Assembly: GCF_001194135.2 (NCBI RefSeq) | Contig: NC_069000.1 | Coordinates: forward strand, 39,209,720 to 39,273,719 | Source: Octopus bimaculoides | Lineage: Eukaryota | Direction of reading: 5' to 3' | DNA length: 64,000 bases | Notes under the pieces: model-generated | The model's input: only the letters and a program-made list of their open reading frames with translations | Told to the model about the DNA's origin: nothing | Databases searched by the model: none | In this document: piece after piece, positions 1 to 11,420 of the stretch | Layout: every line of letters begins with the position of its first letter | Position numbering within the stretch: the first letter of the stretch is position 1 | Made by a program: the position numbers and the translations under genes

Positions 1-752
1 AGCAAATGACGATGATATATTTTAAGATAAAAAAACGATAAATCTTTTCGGTTCCTCAGAGTATATCGTACCCGTATCGAAATTTTATTTTGGAAGAACT
101 ATACAATGTACGTTTTATGTCTGTAAGCAGAAGGGTTAAGACGGATAACTATCAAGATTTTATGAAAAACCATTATTCCAATCTCTGTAGGAATCGGAGC
201 GGTTTTATTGTAACTTATAGAAATTCCTTTCACTTTGTTTCTTTCGTTTTTCCATGCTTTTCTCACAGTATCACGCTTTATTGAATATTCTTAGTCTGAA
301 AGTATTTCATGTTCCTCTAGATTGTGCTAAAATATTCTTTCCTATTTCATGTACACACATGTGGCTTTGTGACGAACAGCTTATGAATAAATTCAAATCA
401 TACGACAAACTAAATTTTTGCGAAGAACTGCCGAAGAATGTTGCAAAATTTTAGTGAAACATTAGAGAAATATAATGCTAAATGTTTATATATACGATGT
501 AACACATTTGAAATCTAAAGAGAAAGTATCACAATTAACGAGGATTAAAGTAAAGTGTTTGAGACAATATTTGTAAAATGATGAGAAAATTCGAGATAGT
601 CGAAAATACTTCCTTTGATATTGTCTTAAACTTATGAGGAATGTTCAGTGTCAATGTTTGTTTTACGGCGTCTTTGAAACTGGTAGTGGATACAAGGAAG
701 AAGATGCGACAACGCACAGCATCTTACTGCTTCTGATGTACAAACTAACGCA

Positions 753-833
753 CTAATACGTGAAATTACTTTGATATGGCGTTCCGGTCCAAATGTCTGT
801 GAGATATCTAACACCACTAACATTATGCAACAC
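753..833 (-). CDS. Candidate downstream exon of the 5591-5737 gene
   Basis: Acceptor ...gttgctttcgcAG|G at 835-834. The phase-0 read VLHNVSGVRYLTDIWTGTPYQSNFTY* has two N-x-S/T sequons and would give a 75-aa protein. An internal donor (CAAA|GTAATT) is an alternative. No homology recognised. Confidence 0.3.
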   Translation of the reverse strand: MLHNVSGVRYLTDIWTGTPYQSNFTY

Positions 834-1280
834 CTGCGAAAGCAACTTCCATAGAAAGTACCACTGTGATGTTATACAATTTAAATTCATAGTCAAAAGC
901 ATTATCGAGATTTTACGTTCTTTACTTGCTACCTGGGTATAGATAACCTATCGCCGGATATGAATAATAGCATCTTGTACAACACGACCGTTTACTATCG
1001 CTTACATTCACAGATTACAGAATATTGCAAACACACAGGGATTGCTTTCCTATCAGCATCATTTGTCTCTCATTAATAAATAATAAAAAAAATGAAATTA
1101 TTTCAAAAGACAGATTTATTTACAATGTAAAGTAAGTTTAAAAGTTATTTTATCCAATGTATTTGCTAGTGCATTTCATAGTCAGACGAAATAAAAAAAT
1201 TTGAACTCGGCATCGTAAACTTTATTTAAAATGTCACTCTTGGGATTAAAAATGAAGCGACATAGAAATAAGTGGGAGAG

Positions 1281-1282
1281 AA

Positions 1283-1370
<88 letters not shown>

Positions 1371-1557
1371 TTTGTTGTTGTTGTTGTTGTTGTTGTTGTT
1401 AATAATAATAATAATATTAATAATAATAATAATCTTTTCTACTCTAGGAACACGGCCTGAAAATTTTGGGGAGGGGGCCAGTCGATTAGATTTACCCCAG
1501 TACGCAACTGGTACTTAGTTTATCGACCCCGAAAGGATGAAAGACAAAGTCGACTTC

Positions 1558-1605
<48 letters not shown>
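1281..1605. repeat. Compound trinucleotide microsatellite (TTA)n(TTG)n(AAT)n interrupted by a SINE
   Basis: Direct reading. Confidence 0.97.
1434..1557 (-). mobile_element. Family A SINE 3' half embedded between (TAA)n tracts
   Basis: cttttctactctagg...gtacttagtttatcgaccccgaaaggatgaaagacaaagtcgac. Confidence 0.85.
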
Positions 1606-3178
1606 TCTTTTATTTAAGAGGATAGTATTTAATAGTGTCTGGTAAAAGAGATAAGATTGGTTTAATGACAAGAATTGTAGGTGTATTGTCTCCTCTCCTC
1701 CCCCGCCATTCGTACACTAGGCATACTTTTTTTCAGTTCAGGTATTATTTAACATTCTTCGTATCCAATAACATGCGCTTGGTTTTTCATTATAGGCGAT
1801 GGCATTATATACAACAATGTATTTTTCTTTTTAATTTGGAAACCAATTAAATATACAACGTTTATCAAGTAAGCTTGTAACAACAATTGATTTATTGTAT
1901 AAGCACAAAACAGACTATTAAAATAATTTTCCTCTTTTCGAAATCTTATTATTAGAACCAGACATGAACAGAAAAACGAATGCATATATACAGACGCATA
2001 GAAGAACACACGCAAACAAATCTCTTAGAGAACATCATTATATCATTTTCAGCAATGGAAGAAAGTTCTTTTGGATATTTTTAAGCTAATTTGTACGGAC
2101 AAAGTATTCATTACAAATATAAACATTGAATTTTTGATTTAACATTTTACCAATGTTATATGTTTTTTTTTTCTCAACAATTAAATCTTTCGGTATTATT
2201 GTCTTTTTTTTGTTGTTGTTTTATTTTTGCTTTTCAATGAAATAAAATGTAAAGTCTTAACAAATAACAATAAACAATTCTGTACATTCAAGTTTCGGAG
2301 TCGTTTTACGTTTTGTCTGGCTGAGGTGACAAATTTCAATATTCAATTATATTGTCCATTTTACCTGATAAATGCCAAGTAATTATAACTTTCTTTGAAT
2401 CTTACGAAATCTGTAATATGAGAATTCTATTTTTGTACACACACACACACAACACACACACACATATATAAGTGGTTCTAGTATCATATAAACGGAAATA
2501 TAACACATATTTCACACTAATGTGCCAAATATCTATTGTATTTCCCACTTCATTGTTTATTATCATTGAATAATTAGCTCTACAGTTAATAGAATATTAA
2601 GGATGTAGTTTGATACATGCGATGGGCGTCTCACGCAGAGCATAACGGAAATAGTAATAAATAATAATAACCACTCATCAAATTGACACACATATATCTA
2701 TACGTGTTTCATTCGGTTACCACTAATGTATGGACTGTGATTGAACACTCAAACACATTTTAGCTATTTCAATAGACGTGCAATGATGTTATCAATCTCA
2801 CCTCGTTTCCAATCATATGATCTGAATGGTTAGATTAAAGTGACGCTACAAACCAACATACATGTCTAAGCTAATGTTCGTGTTAAAAAAAAAATGTGGT
2901 TTAAAAGTGCTTTTCACCTCCAGTATTAATTAAGTTCCATAAGATATCAAATTACTTTTCTAGATTGTCAGATGTCTGTATTATATTGTTATTTGTTGCA
3001 TGTATTGTACAAAAGATTACTTGTCTACACATTCAATAAATCTATATTTCAACTTAGCTCTGAAAAGTGCTAATTGCGCTAGCAAATCATTTCTGATGTG
3101 TCTTACTTCTGAACTGCATATTAACAACACTCTATATTTGATTCTCTACTTAAATGTAGCCGCATCTGCAACTTAGAA

Positions 3179-3239
<61 letters not shown>

Positions 3240-3409
3240 NNNNNNNNNNNNNNNNNNNNNNNNNNNNNNNNNNNCTCTCTCCCTATCTCCGTGTCTCTTA
3301 CTCTGTCTTGCTCTCTTGCAATCACTTTTATTTTATATCTTCATTCCGCCAGCTCCTGCTATATCTGATCGAACTCAGTCTTATCTCACATCATGGAGCT
3401 ACGTTATAT

Positions 3410-3615
3410 TTCTTTATAATATAGAGCACAAGGCTTGAAATTTAGGAAGCGGAGCCGGAGCCGATCGATTCCATCAACCCCCACCCAGTGCTCAATTTGT
3501 TTATTTTATCAACTCCGAATTTAACGATTAGTCGACTTCGGTGGAATTCGAACTCATAACAAAACACCACTAAGCATTTTACCCGACCTGGTTATGATAC
3601 TGCCTGCTCACCGCC
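3410..3615 (-). mobile_element. Decayed family A SINE
   Basis: gcacaaggcttgaaattt...gtcgacttcggtggaattcgaactc...gctcaccgcc. Confidence 0.7.
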
Positions 3616-4001
3616 TGAGCCTGTCGCACACTTCCTACACCAAATCTCTGGGCGAAGAAGCAGAAAAAATGTCACATTGAACTCTCTACAAAGTTTAGCA
3701 TAGTCCTTTCCACCTATTCCTCTCCAACACTTAGGTACTCCGAACTGTATTGACATTTTTTCTTACAACACCAAAACCAGCTTTACAGAATCACGAACAG
3801 ATTGCTTCTGCCACCAGCCGTCCCCTGCGTTTCGAATCAGATCTAACTATCGCATATCCTCACACTGTAAAACATTACCACCCCTTTCCCGAAAGCTATC
3901 GCAAAACAAGTCAGATTCTTGGACGGTGTTTCGCCATTTTACGGTTAGATATCGCTGGTACCAAATCAGAAAAAAAAATTGATCAACCCAAGACATCGAT
4001 A

Positions 4002-4068
4002 ACGGGTAGTCATAATGGATATATTTTACCCCAGTGTCACTTTGATGGCATGCACTGCTCTCTCACTC
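4002..4068 (+). mobile_element. 3' terminus of a retroposon ending in (AAT)n (copy 1)
   Basis: acgggtagtcat...tattttaccccagtgtcactttgatggcatgcactgctctctcactc runs directly into (AAT)n; a near-identical copy lies on the minus strand at 48714-48809. Confidence 0.75.
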
Positions 4069-4080
4069 AATAATAATAAT

Positions 4081-4158
<78 letters not shown>

Positions 4159-4280
4159 TGTGATGATGGTGGTAATGATACTACTAATAATAATAATAGT
4201 AATAATATCAATAATAATCAGTAGAATGATGATGATGACGGTTTGATATGATAGTAATAATAACAACAACAACAACAATG
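4069..4280. repeat. (AAT)n with degenerate GAT/AAC extension
   Basis: Direct reading. Confidence 0.95.
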
Positions 4281-4726
4281 ACACCGAACACAATACTTGC
4301 GGTGGTATATTTTAGTATCGGTGTTAATTATGTACTGTGTGTTTTGTGGCTTGTGTTATATCCATGCGTGAAACTTGTGTTGCCTAAGATTTTTGGTGTT
4401 ATAGTGAGAAGAATCGGCTATGTAAGATTATGATTTTATTGGCTGCCGATTGTTCAGAATAGGCACTTTGTGTTGTATTAACGGGTGGCAATTACATCGA
4501 ATTATGTGTTGAATTAATGTATCAGGTGCAAATTAAAAAGTTCATGCGTTCTGTGTAGATCGGGTCCTGTTACAGCGGTGCTGTTGAAAGGAAACTTAAG
4601 TGTTCATTTAGATTATTGCTAACGTCTACAATAATCATTAGCAAATCCAGATATTGGGCAAATGCGATTCAATTATGTGTCTATTTTGGCACGGTGATCG
4701 CGAAGAGTATAATTCATGTTGGTTCT

Positions 4727-4777
<51 letters not shown>

Positions 4778-4916
4778 ATATATAGCAAAGAAAAAATAAC
4801 AAACTATGCATAAATGTCAGTTCATTACAACTGTTTCTTTCGCGTTTTCTTTTAAATCAACTCAACCTGGTGTATAACATTTAAGTACCCGATTCTCTCA
4901 AAAATCCTTTATCCCC

Positions 4917-4963
<47 letters not shown>

Positions 4964-4973
4964 CCTCTCTCTA

Positions 4974-5021
<48 letters not shown>

Positions 5022-5394
5022 TATATATATATATATATATATATAAACCAACATTAAATATAAATACATATGTATATTCTTGTATGAAAAGAAGAAAGAG
5101 AAAATGAAAAAATCATCAATATATAGACAAATATATTTGAATAAATTCCATTCAGTATAGCATCAAATTATTTTCACCTACAGCTGTTCCCATACCCAAT
5201 TAATTTAATTAATCCTTTTTTCCTTTTGACATACAAGACTATTTATATACACGTATCCATCTATGTGAAACTAGGATCTTAAGTTTTTCACCGAAGGACT
5301 GGATATAACCAGTGAACATGGATGGTAACATCCCTTTAAGATTTGATATTCTTGATATAATTATATATATTATATAATTACATCACTCTATTTC

Positions 5395-5550
5395 TATTTG
5401 CTCTTTTTCTTTATGTTGAAGAGTGTAGGCTCGAAATGCAAAGGCCTTTTTCATTTTCCCGAACGTCAAACTGATACACTTGCTTGTTGTTAATACACCT
5501 CTCTTATTTGTTTTGTTTTTCTATAAATTAAGTGTACAAACCGTATATTA
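5395..5550 (+). mobile_element. Penelope-like terminal repeat with a degenerate hammerhead motif
   Basis: atgttgaa GAGT gtag GCTC GAAA tgca aagg at 5413-5444, and the downstream sequence aligns with 47460-47545; core mutated (C3A, U16.1C). Confidence 0.55.
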
Positions 5551-5590
5551 GTTATGCAAACAGCTGGATTTGATGATATATTTTACTCAC

Positions 5591-5737
5591 GGCAGCGCCC
5601 TTGTTAGCTGTTTGAAGCAGGATAACTGTTTCGGCCGCCATGTATCCCAGCAGAAATCCCAGCAGAAATCCCAGCAGAAATCCCAGCACGCTCTTCCTTC
5701 GTTTCAGCCATCGCAAAAATCGACGAACGGGTAACAT
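5591..5737 (-). CDS. Probable first coding exon of a type II membrane (signal-anchor) protein; Golgi glycosyltransferase-like N-terminus or a small membrane protein
   Basis: The ATG at 5737 is preceded directly by an in-frame TAA. The 49 codons read MLPVRRFLRWLKRRKSVLGFLLGFLLGFLLGYMAAETVILLQTANKGAA: a basic cytosolic tail followed by a hydrophobic helix. The exon ends in phase 0 at GCC|GTGAGT (GT at 5590-5589) and is more GC-rich than its flanks. The family assignment is inference from topology only. Confidence 0.62.
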
Positions 5738-5784
5738 TTATAGTAGCAATTCTTTCGGCTTTTTATATTCTGAGGTCTAATTCT

Positions 5785-5987
5785 TATTTCTTTATTGCTC
5801 ACAAGAGGCTAAACACAGAGGGGACAAACAAGGACAGACAAAGGGATTAAGTCGATTACGTTGAGCCCAATGCGTAAGGATGAAAGGCAAAGTCGACCCC
5901 GCTGGAATTTGAACTCAGAACGTAACGGCAGACGAAATACCACTAGCATTTCGCCCGGCGTGCTAACGTTTCTGCCAGCTCGCCGCC
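5785..5987 (-). mobile_element. Full-length tRNA-derived SINE (family A, tail type B) with a 16-bp TSD
   Basis: Head ggcggcgagctggcagaaacgttagc; B box gagttcaaattcc; central gcctttcatcc...domain. Exact TSD tctgaggtctaattct at 5769-5784 and 5988-6003. Confidence 0.92.
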
Positions 5988-6267
5988 TCTGAGGTCTAAT
6001 TCTGCTGATGTATTTTTTTTTTTTTTTGCCTTCGGGATGGATAGTAGCAGTCAAATACTGAAGTCAACATAATTTACAGGACCCCTCTCCTCAAAACGTC
6101 TAGTCTTGAACCTTGTAAATGTCCAGCGTCACATTCTGGGGAATATTGTGATTTCGGTCACTTATATTTCAAGGAAATAGCTCTTATAAGGAAATAATAA
6201 AGAAATATTCCTGTTTTCAGTTCAGGGTTTTTAACCATTGTTGACTTTCACTCTTATCTTCTCTTAC

Positions 6268-6388
6268 GGCGTTGGTCGGCCCAAGGCTAGAATAGAAGAC
6301 ACTTACTCAAGGTGCCACGAAGTAGGACTGAACCTGGAACGATATGGTTGGTAGGGAACCTACTTACCACACAGCCATTGCTGCGCCT
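6268..6388 (-). mobile_element. Family B (CORE) SINE, 5' half
   Basis: Reverse complement matches the head and CORE of 55840-56240. Confidence 0.8.
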
Positions 6389-7667
6389 ATATATGTACAT
6401 ACTTATTGCACAATTCAATTTCTCTTTCATTGCTTCGAAATATTTATCTTCACAAACAGTATATACATTGCGATAGATTAATGATGTCACTCACCATATA
6501 CTTAGGGCAGGTTTTTCCTCACTCTAGATCAGTTTGCCTATGCAATGCTGTTACGAGCGAAATAGATCGTTCCGGATAGTAATTTACGCTTCTCATCTTA
6601 TACCAAGAATTGAGAACTATTTTCTTTTAAATTACAGCCTGGTGCCTCAGTTGCACTGATTTATAATAATATTTTCAAGTATTTCTTATTATATTCATAC
6701 ATCTTTAACTATGTGTATAATTAGTTCTATTTAAAATTCTTGTTTTCGTACATTTAGAAAAACTATTTTCTTTCAGGATACAAAATTTATATCATTACCA
6801 ACATTTATGAACCATTTTCAATAAATTTCAAAGCGTCCATCGGCTGTTTTAAATATCTTATCTGCTCATGTAGAGAATCCTTTTACAGTTTGTTTGTATC
6901 GTCTATAAACATTAGTTTCTTCATTCAACATTATATTAATGGATAAACGTTAAGCGAAACATTAGAGGAGATAATGAATTCACTTGCAAGTGTCCCGTTA
7001 TGTGAATACGGCTGGTTTTACGCATATTATCTTTGAACTTGTAATGGCATAGCTGGTATGCTTAGATAGCACTGGGAATACTTTATGGATATGAAGTATC
7101 CAGATTGTAGAATATTATCAAATGCTTTCCGATAATCAATCGAAGCCCTATTAAGATTTCCTTTTTCTTTTATCTATTTCTTATTTATATCGTTATTTAT
7201 GAAAACTTTATCTCTTTTCAAACATCTTTGCTGCTCGTTTTGTATGATATTGTTCTGCAAATACTTAACTACAATACAGTAGGGTTTGAATGTAAATATA
7301 AGGGTATTATATAATTTCACAAGAAAATGAGATATACAATGCTGGTAGTTCGAAAGTACATCAATATATTTATATAGGGAAATGAGCGTCCTTTTTTTAT
7401 TTACTTCAGCAGGAATTTAGCTGTGGATTATGGTTTATTTACAACTTTATGAAATGTTAACATCATGTACACATGGGATACCTGCACAAATTTTCAAACT
7501 GCTGGGGCTTTCAGAATGTTTACAGAATTTGGGTTGGTGAGCCATTTATTTGCTTACTACGCATGCGTACGTTTGCATTGCCGTTATATGTTTTCCCTTC
7601 CCTAACTGATCCATTGCATTAAATGTTTCCGATCCATGTTTCTACTTAATATATTTGGAAACCGGCC

Positions 7668-7730
<63 letters not shown>

Positions 7731-8229
7731 GTAATAATATTTATAATAATATTCGATGTTGGTGTGTTTTTATGCTTTTACTTTATTTAATACATGTATT
7801 TACTTAAAAGTGCGGCGGCAATTGCTCTGACTGGTTCGAGCCGGATCAGACAACCGAGTTCAGCACGTCCCTCACGAGTGCCGATCACATTCGACGGTCG
7901 ACCTCAGCAGGCAAAGAAATATTTCTGGCTGCGACCCAAATATCATGGTTGCCGATTGGACACATGCTTCACAGGGAGGGCGATTGCATGTAGGATAATG
8001 AGGGCGTCGTATCCGTAGTCGTCTTTCGTTGTTGAGGTGTTGGATTCCTATTCGGAGTTTCAGTGGGAACACAACTCCACATGTGTTTTGCCGTCACATG
8101 CATTCCCACTTTGAGATAATGTGATTTGCGACACCTCATATTACCGTCGATTGTCGACTGTCGCAGAGTATTCGCTGACCAAGTTCCTGCAGTGCTATCT
8201 GAGCAGACGTAGGCTGGGTCGGATTTTGT

Positions 8230-9400
8230 TCAATGCCTATGTAGACTAAATATTTGTTCTCCAAGATACGCTAATCTCCTTTGAAACTTTTTTATTCTGC
8301 ATGCTTTTGCTGAGACAACTTGTTTAAGTTTCTGCTTCCAGAAAATCCTTTTTTTTTTCCCCTTGTGATTGTGAGTCTAATGTTATCCAAGCTTCATTGA
8401 ATGGTTCTAATATTTGATCTCCTTGTTCACATTACTCTATAATAAATCACTCCGTTTTATTTTCAATGTTATGATGTAATTGTTTTTTTTTTATTTGCTG
8501 TTTATTTCTTTTACAATTTTGGACATTTTGTTGGCTAGATCGCATTGGATGTATATGGACCAAATCCGTTTGGCATCCATAATATTATTATTCAATGTAA
8601 TAATCTAACTTTGTTTCGATTAGCAGAGTAAACATATTTATTCTTTCAAATAGCAACTTCACTATGCTCATCGATTTTATTTTGTCCCCTTCTATATCTT
8701 TTTATCATTTCTGTTAGCTCTATCTTACTAATAACCCTCAATGTTAACTGGTGTGTTATGTTTTGTGGCTATAATCTGTTTGTTGTAAAGTGTGAAGTTA
8801 AATATTAAATGGAGTCTTGTGTTGCTTTTTAAATCACCATTTTGAAATTTAAACCTTATTTTTTACGTCTGTCTTTACCATTGTTGTTAGCTCCAATTTG
8901 TTTCTACCCTACTGTTATATGTGTTGATTTTATTGTTTTCAAAGCTAATTTATTATATGTGCAATACGTCATTACTGTCTGGGTTTCTTAGACCATTTTA
9001 AGCTTTATGTACGTGATGCCTTCTATTGTTATGTTTTCACTGTTTATATCTTTGTGCTGTTCTTTTATTTGTTTCCTTTACAGTATGCGCTCCCGTACAT
9101 TTTGTCACCTCGCTTGTTATATCTCTACAAGTCTCCTTTATGATGTTATTTCGGCTGAATATAGACTTTATGTATAATAGGAATTCATAATACCAATACA
9201 GCGTCCATTATTACAACTTTCTCTTGTAATTCCATTCACTGTTTGGACGTTACAAGTAGGAGATAGTCTCTATTATTCGGCGTTAAACATTTGATAATCA
9301 TCGGTCCTCTACCATATATTAAATTATTTTCATATCATAATCTTATTAATGTCATACTATAGACTTTCTCATTTGTCCTACTGCTGTCGTTTACGTTTTG
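8230..9400 (-). mobile_element. Decayed LINE remnant, R4/Dong-like pre-RT region
   Basis: The minus read KQKLKQVVSAKACRIKKFQRR resembles the R4/Dong KQK..AKA.RIRRY motif; strongly strand-biased, A-rich coding-like composition. Confidence 0.4.
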
Positions 9401-10519
9401 TTGCTAGTAAATTAATCCAGAGACATCGTTGATCTATGTTTAAATGAAATTAGCTTCATTTTATTGTCTTTTCCTTTTTATACTTTTCTCGGTTTATCAT
9501 TTGACCTCACTTTCACATATAAGTTTTTTTTTTTTTCTGTAATATATCATTTCGCCAGTAAAATGATATCAATTTCCTATACAACATCACTTTTTTTTTT
9601 TTTTTGATAATTATCTTGGAAATTACATTACGTTCTTGGATGCATTTTGCTTCCCACCGGCATTCATAATTTACACCTAGATGTTAGGTTTTATTTCAAC
9701 GATACATTTTGTGTGTAATAACCGCGTGTGATGCATATATTATATGTGAAGTCTCCTTATTACTGTTCTTATAAAATCGCTTCGTTTGTTTAGGAACCTT
9801 TGTGTCTTAGCGTTTTAATAATATATTTGTCTATTATTTCAGATTGTAAGGATTTTAAAGTGTCATGCCCATCATGATATTCAACCCGTGTTGAAAGTAA
9901 TAACCATCATTGTCACAGCAATAACAGTACAATATACATCATAATTAACATGAAAGTAAAACGTGTTACTTTCTTCTTCTTCTTCTTCTTCTTCTTCTTC
10001 TTCTTCTTCTTCTTGGCCTCGGTTATCATGCGCACATCACAGCTCGCCAAAGACTGAATTGTTGCATTAGTTCCACGAAGTACTTCAAATTATCGCTAAT
10101 TACCTATCTACATATTGTTGTTGGTGTTGCATTTGTTTTCAAAACTCCCGATTAAAACGAATCAGTTATTTATTGATATATTTTTTTTTTTATATTTGCA
10201 GACTATTTTCTAGTCAGGAAACCTAGGAATGTATAAATTGTTGCGCTCATATTTGGATGAAGGATAAAGGTATGTTTCTAGGAAAATCGTATTATTGTTT
10301 TGTTGTTACTTATCTCTGTCTAACCCAAATGCCTTTTCGTTCTGTTATTGCAGAAAATGACGATATGTAAATTATAACAATAACTGAAATTCCTGAGTAA
10401 AATGGGGGGAAAGCAACAATTAAAACGTCAACACTTATGCTGACGAATGAGAAAATGAAACATAATTTGAAGAAGCGATTCTTTAGGTTTAACTCGACCA
10501 CTAACAATCATTCATTCCT

Positions 10520-10660
10520 CTGCTTCCCAACCACATAATTCAGGTTTGAGTCCTACCTTGGATAGATGTCCTCTACTGTGACCTTGGGCCGATCAAAGCC
10601 TTGTGAGCGGGTGTGATAGACGGAAACTGAAGAAAAGATGTTGTGTATATATGCATATAT
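10520..10660 (+). mobile_element. Family B SINE fragment running into (TA)n and a gap
   Basis: caaccacat...ccttgggccgatcaaagccttgtgagcgg...agacggaaactgaaga matches the family B body. Confidence 0.7.
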
Positions 10661-11316
10661 ATATATATATATATATATATANNNNNNNNNNNNNNNNNNN
10701 NNNNNNNNNNNNNNNNNNNNNNNNNNNNNNNNNNNNNNNNNNNNNNNNNNNNNNNNNNNNNNNNNNNNNNNNNNNNNNNNNNNNNNNNNNNNNNNNNNNN
10801 NNNNNNNNNNNNNNNNNNNNNNNNNNNNNNNNNNNNNNNNNNNNNNNNNNNNNNNNNNNNNNNNNNNNNNNNNNNNNNNNNNNNNNNNNNNNNNNNNNNN
10901 NNNNNNNNNNNNNNNNNNNNNNNNNNNNNNNNNNNNNNNNNNNNNNNNNNNNNNNNNNNNNNNNNNNNNNNNNNNNNNNNNNNNNNNNNNNNNNNNNNNN
11001 NNNNNNNNNNNNNNNNNNNNNNNNNNNNNNNNNNNNNNNNNNNNNNNNNNNNNNNNNNNNNNNNNNNNNNNNNNNNNNNNNNNNNNNNATATATATATAT
11101 ATATATATATATATTATGTATATATACATATATATATAATACCAAGCTTAAAAAAGTATAAGCCATTGGGTCGATTTGTTCAACTATGGCCACAATCAAA
11201 TGACTAAAACAAACGAAAGATAAAAGATATATAAAGCTATATAAAATAAAGTCAGGAATGTAATAACTCTGTAGCTGGTTGTTTTGTTGGGGTCCGTTCT
11301 GATTTCTCAGCAGGAT

Positions 11317-11420
11317 ATCTTCCACTGTATCTTCCACTGTATCTTCCACTGTATCTTCCACTGTATCTTCCACTGTATCTTCCACTGTATCTTCCAATGT
11401 ATCTTCCACTGTATCTTCCA
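11317..11420. repeat. 12-bp minisatellite (ATCTTCCACTGT), about 8.7 units
   Basis: Direct reading; one unit has a C>A change. Confidence 0.95.

Noticed and set aside
1231-1518. Poly-L, poly-I, poly-N and poly-Y ORFs (also 4015-4293, 33487-34101, 49124-49709)
   Set aside because: Translations of trinucleotide microsatellites, with no splice or homology support.
2361-2820. Minus-strand micro-exons (20 nt near 2800 and 46 nt at about 2361-2406) giving SYDWKRDFVRFKESYNYLAFIR
   Set aside because: Splice signals are plausible, but the chain needs a phase-2 upstream donor while the 5591 exon ends in phase 0; no homology, and such sites arise by chance in AT-rich DNA.
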